In this document: piece after piece, positions 39,501-45,321 of the stretch
Layout: each line of letters starts with the position of its first letter
Position numbering within the stretch: position 1 is the first letter of the stretch
Source: a virus
DNA: 64,000 bases
Direction: 5' to 3' (one strand)
Virus record (IMG/VR): IMGVR_UViG_3300039308_000034
Location: 15,206 to 79,205 of that record
Position numbers and translations under genes: made by a program
Notes under the pieces: model-generated
The model's database searches: none
What the model was told of the DNA's origin: nothing
The model's input: the letters and a program-made list of their open reading frames with translations, nothing else

Positions 39501-39519
39501 TGTCGAGAAGATGCGATAA
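27547..39519 (+). CDS. Giant tail tape measure protein (3990 aa)
   Basis: TP901-type core (AKDLGASTRYSASEAASG..LAQAG), amphipathic W/F-periodic repeats, C-terminal FASGGLV..G.GGGTSDRIPAMLSNGEFV motif. Confidence 0.95.
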   Translation: MTEENKIERYGISAEYSFDASENTFATMKQVVAGLQTIEDAVKQTSSAIKQSGLAQNLRQMANQAGGAIGQATQQMQQMGQGSKQTGNQLQQLAQEFRALRAESKAIDLSEIADPQQFKKAETGLNEYIRQLEQLKKQIDTTTPQGRQMAAQIQREQMVASRQIGKINQQAQSSSQDAARQLGNLGKEFRALRAEAQNIDFGDLDDPNQFKQATQQIEKYITELKKLEAQVDKTSPEGRTLAAQMQRSQTIAGNRLDRANLERQSAKAQERQGMAAGVAGAGAAVMLPMIGLGKEAISTVSEFSDQMMEVKAVLDPKDWGMLDAIRQKAKDLGASTRYSASEAASGFVLLAQAGYDVDKQMKAIDGTLSLAAAGNLQLARATEITVSTLGQFQIDATKATHVANVLAKAAAMGQLDVNDMGESLKYAGGSAKRANVSFEQTSAMLALLSEGGLKGEMAGSNLASMMDSITAPSSTASKALRQLGIITKDARGNLLPFDRILGQLNNRLSKMGSGRRASFESAIFGTTGGRAASILLPRLSKLGSATSEIMNTADQGIGSAAEQAQIMESDIGGAFRSLQSAMQGAFIEIGERIAPAVKAATQAITGLLKTFIKLPEPIKTAIILTGAIVTGLATLAVVLGTVGIAFFGFQAAMAQAAIGMSAMAGAGVPLTGFFATVMQAFSTGGIITGFAGLGTSISTAAAALGAFITGPVGLLLVAGAAIVGLLEILTPGFNVLGTVVGVALSPIAFTFGLVRGALQGLWVALKPVVTEFSGMSGDGKYLSDVMQTIAKVLSNVAGVGKVAGKVLGFLVGAGIATPLKWLIKGFKFLIGMLRGVGMVAGTIAAPFVWAIQQIGRAWQGFVDWFQKMPLVKFALDIAQKLINALNHNPTERIPEAWDKAVQRIQGLFEWLGRAGQATAEVLSYLLDPSRIFKGILRGLITLVQNTISTIQDSGIGQVLDKIGFDAPIDGLQAGLEKLKAMTEDKPLQVEVIPKLDSTIQSVAETKPVSLAVQPVVDKPDLTSVQSIKPSAVPIQPTLSKTPALGMLPTPTAAPTLQTPNLSNFLSALTTQLETAKTIAAQTFGEIKQSWLDNWSFLQRSGTTDLSQLFAPGIDTLKAQLSTVRQDFQSFAQETIAAIGSMDWEKAKQSAQNFGTTLSGAAQSAGKAIGGLTLSTIALGVFSLTSLSPLVLILGGIGLTALAIATDFLGIRTAIMGVMKMIGGLINVVRGAIEVFVALLTTATNTVQGILKVLDGILPALRGDFSQMQAGWNQITQGFQAGAIEISQAFGRMGRGIGQVFEGAFQVVHGIGEGIFRAITGTAQAIKLIFQGIGATINGTAKLISLIGEGFRAIPSVVGEVGQKIQAKWQALNSWISNLNLVPDLSSFSKVGDRISGVLSSAKTLIQTGVEQIHSIWNGLKLNLPHLDLSPILGLPDRIQGIVQQAAGVVQSAIARIQQIWQTLTFHFPTLDLSHLTALPNRIQGVVQQATDVVQSAIARIQQIWQTLTFHLPTLDLSHLTALPDRIQGIITTIRSTFDAGTTQIRSTWDTISHLALPGLKTVIDTVKGLPPIFEGAIERIKSLWSGVGDKISSVLGFVRGKSKQVGEEITHNLSENSPGPTFQIRMKWAMTAESVQERMVSIAQQAKLSGQQIADRVVGGFEQIQVGAKAKLSGVKQQISSALNGKGVGAVGRSFSSVGMALSNISPQLAAPLFVMSDLIDTSQTLSETLPEAQKFFTGLLPKVKGLGGAVGGLVPKLAGMLSGLIPILTSLSTTAITALGAVVTPLLPIIGTIAAIGIGVILLRKAWQKNFLGIRSLVETIGSAIQSLFAGILKFADRFLNPLRLIQGLFSLIRQGLSGLGKLFIPLMGITTAIQGGWQGFKDWFNSLFNGLPIKAADASKKVQQALYTPTKKVPPPWEAAVQKVKEQIGSLTAMGQSIDLPQMTSPTIQPTIAPIPTITSPTIQPTIAPVSQITAPPILASTAPGLATIPPQIAQIKTGMEELGQTWQAETDQMQQQGIAAFTSVFSPLADRAKTAFGQLHQRVAEFVAQVQALMSNVTLDNLNEGIQGIGKQLKASVQQAGNSLNAATLSAIAFGVTSLLSLSPIILILGAIGLGALAIATNFLGVRTAILGVFKIVTGLFNTVRGGLETMTALITTVINAARSMAQILGGIPAAFRGDPSQMQAGFGSLVESFQTGASQIKQAFNRIGRGVGQIFEGAYQVVSGIVDGLIRLFQGLGQAIELVFKGASAIVTGLGRTFQLVGDGIQSLPGIVTTAGDKLKATWQNVTAAVHNLPFLPNLQDLQQLPDRVAGIFNIIKEQVQKGITQIQSAWQSWNLHLPEINLSSLQPVVERTKATAQQILGFFQNLTLRLPELNLSNLLNVPERISSTIAQIQATWTKLNLPFPEIKLSALQTIPDRVHSLISQVQNYWNSLALKFPLPDLSSLEGVSDRVRGVISATQEVIAAGIAQIRSIWQTLTTLDDVPILQGFVDFAKTLPDIFQAAIEQIKSLWGGLGDKVKNVFGFMRGKSKETGQEMISNLAENSPGPTFQIRQKWQMTAERIQAYLSGVAEHAQVTGQQIATQITAGTQQAATAAKTKLGAIGQSLNQALGGKGVYAMGRSFSSVGMVLSNFAPQAAAPLFMLSDLVDTSQTLSETLPETQKFFTGLLPKVKGLGGAVGGLLPKLGGLVSGIIPLFGSLGTAATTALAAIAGPLLPIIAGIAAVIAVGYLLYQAFKQNFLGIRSLVQGVGKALTGTFKLIGAVVQGIADLIGNTFGAAIQTVVRVASSIGSFLIAPFVAAKNQIQSAWQGFQQWFSGLMGGLPNLAAEAGKRIIGFLNHNPTIVIPDSWEGAVQRISGDLSTLPGVAQDVGQQMVGAIQPDTIPNQLSDSIGAFGETASTVAGQVSNGFKGMTLASVAFGVSSLTSLAPIALIMAGIALAALAVATNFLGIRTILGGLWRVIQGVVEIAVSGFKAVLQVLKGLFQILGSVPAALMGDFSGILAGWQVVAAGMKQAADSLMSGMQTIFGGGAQVIRGIFEGLGQIVKVDVFDKMLNAAREFVSQVQAWFEKLSSTMTTTLSKPAEMMSGLFRRKQKGVAPAASPILESQAIVPDIQAAPIINAVPLIPESRAVQQSPSVSIAQPQISSSASSSNLDSLTQQLSTAESGIETIQSRTQTALNATTSGISSLGVALSNFAPQLAAPLFILTDMIDGFLGVTQAIPVFKAAIVGSAAVTATTNVEMTASNLALAGSNEMVAATSLRTRLAMMLTAVQQKAIAASNWVVSASNWVAVQSQQALSSATVQSGLAMLWNQIQQKAATTYNGMVAASNWLVATSQQAITWATSETGLAMIGATLQKQVSTAWNWLLAASNQAVAGTTTEAGLTMLWYSIQSKAAVVWNGILMGWNWLLSLSFEGIAVAATAAWSAVLAPIMPVVLAIGAVVGAVVLLWQAFKNNWGGMGDAMSGVMQGIQDFFAQIWNGIKAVVALGVQFAQFSFSISPIVIAFKMLWGVIQGVLVGVVAAWNSSFAIIAENISTTFGTIKQVIVSAFQPFSEMFAQLSSSLNQSQRQVGGLGTAISALVNILLIPTKLITAVLGVLLRAIGLIMQALVVVGGVIFKALLVPFRIVAGVVMGIIQIGLGVKDVFMDVLGSVWGALQSIAQAFQPMFDAITQIGTTLRDALSPLLGKAAGGDSFGAGIKAVIKAVLIPIRVIAGIIQVIFKAISLIIKLVAAVLSPVIRGLAVPIQIVATTLKIVVAVISTIFNVIGSIVSFIGSALQSIYNLIPAPIRWFLETIGKGIGSVVSFLFGSGQQEQAQPTQKPQKFASGGLVTNPGLVSGAGGGTSDRIPAMLSNGEFVMRAAATRMFMPWLNAMNQGQNPIASLMGGMQQQQSSFVQALLSGTPAKSALQLLPIAPPAIPQTPIAPAQQAKLPEGVSVTVQLTIQNITVVSDSDTSSAARRLAEEVQPEFERMVRDALRDIVEKMR
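31849..32112 (+). repeat. Recent 132-bp (44-codon) tandem duplication inside the tape measure gene
   Basis: Near-identical units start at 31849 and 31981, partial third at 32113 (LPDRIQG...LDLSHLTA). Confidence 0.85.
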
Positions 39520-39544
39520 CACTTTTTGCAGCACCGTCCGAACT
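39517..39544 (-). repeat. 28-bp bipartite site #3
   Basis: AGTTCGGACGG-TGCTGC-AAAAAGTGTTA; contains the tape measure stop and lies 2 bp from the terS stop. Confidence 0.85.
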
Positions 39545-39546
39545 AC

Positions 39547-40323
39547 TTATTCGATCGGCTCTGAATCAACATCGATCGCCTCATTAAACAGTTCGCGCTT
39601 TGACTGGTGAATCAAGACCCAGCCATAGTCTGTCTGCCGCATTTCATAACCGTATTTATCTGCCACACGGAGCCAGTTGTTCCAGTCACTATCAACCCCA
39701 GTGAATTTCGCCAGCAGTCGCAACTCGCTATCCCCAGATTTCATTTTAAGTTTTATCTGTGGTCGTCCCTGTTCATCTAAGGTGTTAGAAATTTCCTGAA
39801 TTGCCCCTAGCACATGGCGCGGTAACTTCTTGAGGTCTTTGATTGAAATCTCGCCAGAAGGGGAAATGTCTGCAACATCAACAATGGTTGTTTCGACCCT
39901 TGATTTCAGGTGTTTGAGCACCCAGGTCTGAGTTAGCTCTGCTTCAAGAGCGATCGAACCTGTCAGTTCACGTAAATAAGTTTGAATGTCGGGTCGTTTC
40001 AGCAGGCGGGAAGCATTTGTTCTGGCAACGGCTGAACTGACCTCGTAACCAGCTCTGATATAAGCAGCTCCACCATTAAAATCCTGAATATACTGCCGAC
40101 AAAACTCTTTGTGCTGCGGATCGATCTCACTTGTGCTTGTTGAAAGCTCTCTTAATCGTTTTTGCACGTTAGCATTTGTGAGCAGCTTTCCCCCCACGAT
40201 CGCCGCCTCAGAGCGATTAGCGACGGGAATCCCAGCACGAATACAAGCCTCGCCTGGATCGAAACAGTCGAGGTATTCGAGGCAAAACTTATCTTCTTGA
40301 TCAGCAGGACTCAAACTGGGCAC
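39547..40323 (-). CDS. terS: Terminase small subunit with duplicated N-terminal HTH domain
   Basis: Two copies of (Q..)FC.EY..DF....A.IRAG......A...LL....VQ..LREL, then VLKHL...oligomerisation region. Confidence 0.85.
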   Translation of the reverse strand: MPSLSPADQEDKFCLEYLDCFDPGEACIRAGIPVANRSEAAIVGGKLLTNANVQKRLRELSTSTSEIDPQHKEFCRQYIQDFNGGAAYIRAGYEVSSAVARTNASRLLKRPDIQTYLRELTGSIALEAELTQTWVLKHLKSRVETTIVDVADISPSGEISIKDLKKLPRHVLGAIQEISNTLDEQGRPQIKLKMKSGDSELRLLAKFTGVDSDWNNWLRVADKYGYEMRQTDYGWVLIHQSKRELFNEAIDVDSEPIE

Positions 40324-40368
40324 AAACGTCTAAACCTTAGCAACGATCGTCCTTACAGACTTTCTTAA

Positions 40369-40410
40369 GAAAACTAAACGGCTTGATTCAAGTATGCCCA
40401 AATCAAGCCG
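40369..40410 (-). terminator. Terminator-like hairpin in the terS leader
   Basis: Perfect 10-bp arms CGGCTTGATT/AATCAAGCCG, followed on the minus strand by TTTAGTTTTC. Confidence 0.55.
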
Positions 40411-40440
40411 CTGCGTCAGTGTTTAAGCTAGTTTTCAGTT

Positions 40441-40517
40441 GGTTCGGATGACATTTCAAAAAGTGTTTATGTGGATCTATCTGAACAAGAAACACTTTTT
40501 GATTTACCATCCAAACC
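40441..40517. repeat. 28-bp bipartite sites #4 (40441-40468, +) and #5 (40490-40517, -), convergent, 21-bp spacer
   Basis: GGTTCGGATGA-CATTTC-AAAAAGTGTTT and, on the minus strand, GGTTTGGATGG-TAAATC-AAAAAGTGTTT. Confidence 0.9.
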
Positions 40518-40521
40518 ACCT

Positions 40522-40983
40522 TTAAAGTTCCTCATCAGGTGACCAAATCTTCCGATTTACAACCCACTCAACGCCAACCATGCGGCAAGATTTGAATTTA
40601 AGAACCAAATTCAGGCAGTCTCGATTAGAGTTTTGCAAAAATGTCCAGGCTTGCTCAATCTCTTTACGTGTCACACAGATTGCCTGATCAACCCTCTCTC
40701 TCAAAATGGCATCCGTTATCCCTGTAAGTCGAGCAGGCTTCTTCACATCCCCCCGGCTGTAGGAATAAACCTGTTTATGAGATGGACAGTCCCAAATCTG
40801 GACTTCATCCGCACTGCGCTTACCGTTGGCAGAGCTACGGCGATGATAAAACAGCAGTTTGAGACTCGTTTCCTGGTTGGGAGAGTTAGTCTCAAGCAGC
40901 ATCTGCTTGATCAACGGCGCGATCGCTCTTAGAAGTTCACTGTGACGATCGGTAGGAAGAAGAGAAGTGGTGGCGGCGACCAT
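40522..40983 (-). CDS. Hypothetical protein
   Basis: 153-aa ORF between the chaperone genes and terS. Confidence 0.6.
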   Translation of the reverse strand: MVAATTSLLPTDRHSELLRAIAPLIKQMLLETNSPNQETSLKLLFYHRRSSANGKRSADEVQIWDCPSHKQVYSYSRGDVKKPARLTGITDAILRERVDQAICVTRKEIEQAWTFLQNSNRDCLNLVLKFKSCRMVGVEWVVNRKIWSPDEEL

Positions 40984-41019
40984 TTAAGTTAGGGATTGGA
41001 TAGGGATTAGATTTCTAAA

Positions 41020-41298
41020 CTAGCGATGGGAAGAACGTTGTTTGGTTTGAGCACGTTCCATTTCTTCGCGTTGCTGGCGGTAGAGATCACTGAGTTTTTT
41101 AACCCAGAAATCCCGTTGGCTTGGAGTCAGCTCATCGATCGCGGTGGCATCTTTGAACGGAGCTTGTTCTCCAACCGACAGCAGAAACGCTACTTCATTG
41201 AGGTATTCCTCATTCGGCGGATTCAGGAGGGACAAACAAAAATTGCCGAAGGTTCCCCCAGGCAACTGCCGCTTTCCATTCATGCCCACAACGAACAC
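41020..41298 (-). CDS. Probable second tail assembly chaperone (start uncertain)
   Basis: EEYLNEVAFLL...DELTPSQRDFWVKKL..LYRQQREE resembles small chaperone C-terminal ORFs; overlaps the upstream chaperone in the +1 frame. Confidence 0.55.
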   Translation of the reverse strand: MFVVGMNGKRQLPGGTFGNFCLSLLNPPNEEYLNEVAFLLSVGEQAPFKDATAIDELTPSQRDFWVKKLSDLYRQQREEMERAQTKQRSSHR

Positions 41299-42139
41299 AG
41301 TTCATCTCAAGGCTCATGTCAGGAACGATTTGCAGCTTTTCCATTGCTTTCCGCAAAATTCCGAGGTCGGTTAGAGTCAGCTCATCATACAATTCGTCGC
41401 TGAAGACTTGCCCCCGAATATTCCCGTAGGTTGCTGAATCTGGAAGGGCAACAACCATCGCGTAGAGCATTTCAATATCTGTTACCGACTGCGGTTCAGA
41501 GAGCTTTGCCATGTGATGAAGTTTCATCGGCTGCATCAGAACACGCTTGATCGTTTCACCAGGAATATCAATTCCGTCCTGGAGAATCACTTCAAAGAGA
41601 GGCTTTGACTTCAAGTCGTGAACCAGGGGTACATCCAAACCGTCCAGCGTATGGTATCCACCTTTAGCAGGATTATCTTTATTCTTGGTACCACAAGCCT
41701 CACAGTCTGCTTCCATTGCAATCATTGTCCCCTGTGCAGCCTTACGAATGTGGAGCAACAGTGTCAGGACATCACCAAAACACATCCGCTCAAAGAAGAG
41801 GGATAGATTCAAGGACAGCTTTGAGGCAAGGTCTGTTACAGGGTAGCCGCCAATGGTCGCGACAATCTGAGGGAGAAACTGCCCGAGGATTTTGACCGCC
41901 TTGCTCTTGTGCGTATTGATTAAAGTTGCCAGCAAGCGATCGTACTTAGTCTTATAGGGATGAAGCGTAAAGCTTTGCAGCCGCTCTCCTTCAAAGAAAA
42001 TGCCAACTGGAAGAATTTGCTCCATCTCGGAGAATGCGATCGTATCAATGCGAAGCTCCCCAAGCGGCACTGCGTCGATCGTTGCCGTTGGGAGTTCGTC
42101 TGTTGCCTGGGGAGCAAAGCCACTATTTGATTTAGCCAT
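41210..42139 (-). CDS. Tail/baseplate assembly chaperone-like protein, two similar halves each ending in CxxC
   Basis: LPVGI...L.P and L.DGI...L.P halves; CEAC and CVRC motifs; DELTLTDLGIL helix. Confidence 0.6.
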   Translation of the reverse strand: MAKSNSGFAPQATDELPTATIDAVPLGELRIDTIAFSEMEQILPVGIFFEGERLQSFTLHPYKTKYDRLLATLINTHKSKAVKILGQFLPQIVATIGGYPVTDLASKLSLNLSLFFERMCFGDVLTLLLHIRKAAQGTMIAMEADCEACGTKNKDNPAKGGYHTLDGLDVPLVHDLKSKPLFEVILQDGIDIPGETIKRVLMQPMKLHHMAKLSEPQSVTDIEMLYAMVVALPDSATYGNIRGQVFSDELYDELTLTDLGILRKAMEKLQIVPDMSLEMNCVRCGHEWKAAVAWGNLRQFLFVPPESAE

Positions 42140-42155
42140 CGTTGATTCCTGGATA

Positions 42156-42194
42156 CAAACAATAAGAGACTTCTCCCGCTAGGGGAAAAGCCTC
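42156..42194 (-). terminator. Terminator-like hairpin in the chaperone leader
   Basis: Minus strand GAGGCTTTTCCCC-TAGC-GGGAGAAGTCTC (12-bp stem with two G-U pairs only on this strand), then TTATTGTTTG. Confidence 0.6.
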
Positions 42195-42265
42195 GTTGAA
42201 GGGTGATTACACTATTTAGCTGTTGATTAATTTTACCTTAAGGGGTAAGCCTTAAGAAGTAAATC

Positions 42266-42303
42266 CTATCCTTTAAAAGATATTTTTTCCTTTTAAAGGA
42301 TAG
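42266..42303. repeat. Inverted repeat with perfect 14-bp arms
   Basis: CTATCCTTTAAAAG-N10-CTTTTAAAGGATAG. Confidence 0.8.
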
Positions 42304-42368
42304 ATGGATTTGAAATAATTCTTAAAGCTTGGCTTACAACAAACCCTTTGAAAGAGAGCGTTCAGCAG

Positions 42369-42416
42369 AAAACTTTACAGCAGATTAAAGAATTCTTTAA
42401 TCTGCTGTAAAGTTTT
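42369..42416. repeat. Perfect 48-bp palindrome (candidate telomere resolution site)
   Basis: AAAACTTTACAGCAGATTAAAGAA|TTCTTTAATCTGCTGTAAAGTTTT, no loop and no mismatch. The palindrome is certain; the function is inferred. Confidence 0.85.
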
Positions 42417-42595
42417 TCCCTTCGTAAAACCCGCAATTAAGAGAACTACAAAGTCAGTAGGGCTTGATTTTCCGTATTTTTTCGCAATCATCAAATAGTT
42501 AATTTGCTTATTGTTTTTCTTAGTAAGTGCATCTGCGGAGTTTTTCATCTAGATAGCGTAATTTCACTCATATCTTTTGTCTGCTGAATATCAAT

Positions 42596-43060
42596 ATGCA
42601 AGCCAGAACCATCGACACAGCTTTTAACCTCGATCGCCCCGAACTGTATCACGAAAAAGCAATATTGCTTGATGCAATCACCGGAGACGACCCTTTTATC
42701 ATTGTTCGGCAAGATAATAATCATGTCATTCAAGCAGGGCAGATTGAAGAAGTGTTTGGGATTCCGGCAACTTATTGGGTCGGTCAAGATCTAACTAGGT
42801 TTCACAGCAGCGACAATGGTAAGCCCTTTCCTAGTTTTGGCAGGATGAGCTACTTGAACAGTGCAGGCAGACATCATTTATCTGATTTTGAGTTAATTAC
42901 CAGAGGTGTGCAATTCAACACCCAAACTCAAGCGATCACGCCAAGTGAAAGGTCTTGGCAGATCGTGTGCGATATTTGGTTTTTAAATTTCTACTTCGGA
43001 TTTCCTTGTCGATTGGTTGTGATTAAAAATGCTGTTCCAATGCCTTACACACGCAAATAA
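42596..43060 (+). CDS. Hypothetical protein, possible PAS-like fold (paralog of next gene)
   Basis: Shares DIWFLNFYFGFPCRL / DIFFLKEYFGIPSRL and an upstream F.VVR..N.V motif with 43142..43837. Confidence 0.65.
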   Translation: MQARTIDTAFNLDRPELYHEKAILLDAITGDDPFIIVRQDNNHVIQAGQIEEVFGIPATYWVGQDLTRFHSSDNGKPFPSFGRMSYLNSAGRHHLSDFELITRGVQFNTQTQAITPSERSWQIVCDIWFLNFYFGFPCRLVVIKNAVPMPYTRK

Positions 43061-43141
43061 AAATTTTTGGCTAATTTGCTTCTCTAGCTTGATGTAAGCG
43101 ATTTACAATAATTTTGGTATTATCTTTTTAAGCCTGAGCCT

Positions 43142-43837
43142 ATGTTGCCCGAGATACCAAAATTTATTGCCGGGGTAGGATTACCAGAACTCTTACTTCC
43201 CTGCCAATTTTCTCGTAAGGGAAGCACTCTACAAATTAAAACCTCGCCTCAGTCAGCAGAGCAGTTATGGAGCTATTATTTGCTCCTGGCGCACAATGCA
43301 GTGTGCTATTTGGATTGGTGCAATGTGATTCAAATAGACGGGCATCCTGTTGTTTATAATTTCAATGTAAAAGAAACTATTCAACATGCAATGAACTTTG
43401 ATTTGGTTGAAAGCGAATCGCCAGTTCGGGAAAAAGACATCCTGATCATGGCAACCGCATCCAACAACAGCTTTGCAGTTGTTCGAGATGAAGACAATTG
43501 TGTTGTATGGGCAGGGGCAGGCGTTGTTCGATTTTCTCCAATTCCTTCTGGGCTTTGGAGCGGCTACAACATTACTCCTTTATGGCAGCAGGAAGACGAT
43601 ACCCCTGGAGAGATGCCAAAAGAACTGAAGCGAATGTATGGCTACAGAGATAAAGGGGATGTTTATATCCCTAATTTTGAATATGTTGCTTATACAGGGC
43701 AAATCGATCCTGATTCCAGGCAAATTGTTCCTAACCAAAAGTGCAACTTTGTTGCCGATATTTTCTTTTTGAAGGAATACTTTGGCATCCCAAGCCGGTT
43801 GTCAATTACCAAGAAATGTGAGCCAGTCGCACTTTAA
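43142..43837 (+). CDS. Hypothetical protein, possible PAS-like C-terminal domain plus N-terminal extension
   Basis: C-terminal ~150 aa aligns by eye with 42596..43060. Confidence 0.65.
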   Translation: MLPEIPKFIAGVGLPELLLPCQFSRKGSTLQIKTSPQSAEQLWSYYLLLAHNAVCYLDWCNVIQIDGHPVVYNFNVKETIQHAMNFDLVESESPVREKDILIMATASNNSFAVVRDEDNCVVWAGAGVVRFSPIPSGLWSGYNITPLWQQEDDTPGEMPKELKRMYGYRDKGDVYIPNFEYVAYTGQIDPDSRQIVPNQKCNFVADIFFLKEYFGIPSRLSITKKCEPVAL

Positions 43838-44136
43838 TTTAGCTGCTCAGGGTTCCTTAATAAGGAATCTTCGCACTCCTGTTGCTGAATTTCATACAGT
43901 TCATCTACGGTATAGCGATCGATCCGATCGGGTCTGTAGATTAGCTGGGAAAATTGCCCGAGCCATAGCATGTTGATCATCTCTCCACGCAAAACTGATT
44001 GGAGAATTTCAATTGGAATCCCATTGACCATCCCCAGTTCTAACGCCATATCGCAAAATCTTTGCTGATCATCCTGACTAGTGGAATCCAGCCCACGCGC
44101 CTTCATCTCTTGAACGACCAGACAGCGTAAAGACAT
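43834..44136 (-). CDS. Stand-alone copy of the ~80-aa domain repeated in the upstream repressor-like protein
   Basis: EMKARGLDST...GIPIEILQSVLRGE...LWLGQFSQL matches EFKKRGLDPT...AVPVKDLEAALAGK...LWLGQLSQI. Confidence 0.7.
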   Translation of the reverse strand: MSLRCLVVQEMKARGLDSTSQDDQQRFCDMALELGMVNGIPIEILQSVLRGEMINMLWLGQFSQLIYRPDRIDRYTVDELYEIQQQECEDSLLRNPEQLN

Positions 44137-44142
44137 ATATTT

Positions 44143-45321
44143 TTAGACGTTAGCAAGAGTCGTATCCAAACTCACACTCATAGAGATTAGCTGGTTGACA
44201 TCAAAAGGCAAAATCTGTGAAAGTTGACCAAGCCATAACGTTTTAATTGGCTTTCCTGCTAGGGCTGCCTCAAGATCTTTGACAGGGACGGCACGGCTCA
44301 GATTTAGTTCTTCTTTGAAAAGCCGTGAAAACTTTTTCACATCAGCCGAATCGGTTGGGTCAAGACCTCGCTTCTTAAATTCTTCCCACAAAGCTTTTGC
44401 TAGGGGAGTTTTGAATTCTGGCGTCTTAGGTTGGGGCTTAAACTGCAATTGATAGAGTTCTTTGCCTGTCTGCTTGAACAAAAGAGCTAGATCCTGAAGC
44501 TGCTCAACCTCAAGAACATCTCCCCGGAGGATTGCCTCGAAGACTTTGATTGGGATACCTTTCCCTTCCGGCGATTTTGTTAAATCTCGGAATTTCTTGA
44601 TATCCATTCGGTTCTCTGGGCTAAGGCGGCGCAAAGCAAATTCACGCCTGAGCAGGGTAGCCACAGGAGTTACCCCCTCCGTTACTTGATATTCCTGGAG
44701 CTTTGCAAGCTCTAAAGGAGAATACAAACCGCCATCTTCATCTTTTAGAAACATGGCAAACTGCTCCAACCAATGAGCATCCACTGGGGAACCGTTTAAG
44801 GCTTGCTTCAGCACTTTCAAAGGGATTGCAGCTCCTTCCTCTTGAAGGATTTGCATTGTGAACTGGCGCTGTTGAGTTTCTTCCATGGGATCAAACCCTC
44901 GCTCCTCAATCTCTCGGTAGAGAACAGCTTGCAAATTCAATTCTGGCTCTGCCGTCCGCTCAGCTGATTTAGTTTTCCGCTGTGTTGCATAAAGCGATGC
45001 CATCGCCTCTCGTGACAAGTCTCCAGATTTAATCTGAGCCGATCGCTCCACCAAAAGAGCAGCAACTCGTTCCCAGAAAAAACTAACTGCTTCAGGGCAG
45101 ATGAAGTGGGTCGATAGCAAAATTGCTTCTAAATTCGCCAGTCGGGAATCTGAGGTCCCAAGCTTGATATCTGAAAGTTTTCCGTTTGTGAGACCCGAAG
45201 CCAAATAACTGCGGCAGCCTGCCACAATATCCAAGCCGATCAAAGAAAACTCTTCTAGAGTTTCCTCTAATGCAAGGGAAAAGATTGTTCGTTGGCGGGT
45301 AGTTGTGCTCATCAAACGCAA
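44143..45321 (-). CDS. Putative immunity repressor: XRE-like N-terminus + three tandem ~80-aa repeats
   Basis: N-terminal LTNGKLSDIKLGTSDSRLANLEAIL (XRE-like); three RG(F/L)(D/S)P...IP.K.....L.G repeats; divergent from a small XRE gene. Confidence 0.6.
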   Translation of the reverse strand: MRLMSTTTRQRTIFSLALEETLEEFSLIGLDIVAGCRSYLASGLTNGKLSDIKLGTSDSRLANLEAILLSTHFICPEAVSFFWERVAALLVERSAQIKSGDLSREAMASLYATQRKTKSAERTAEPELNLQAVLYREIEERGFDPMEETQQRQFTMQILQEEGAAIPLKVLKQALNGSPVDAHWLEQFAMFLKDEDGGLYSPLELAKLQEYQVTEGVTPVATLLRREFALRRLSPENRMDIKKFRDLTKSPEGKGIPIKVFEAILRGDVLEVEQLQDLALLFKQTGKELYQLQFKPQPKTPEFKTPLAKALWEEFKKRGLDPTDSADVKKFSRLFKEELNLSRAVPVKDLEAALAGKPIKTLWLGQLSQILPFDVNQLISMSVSLDTTLANV

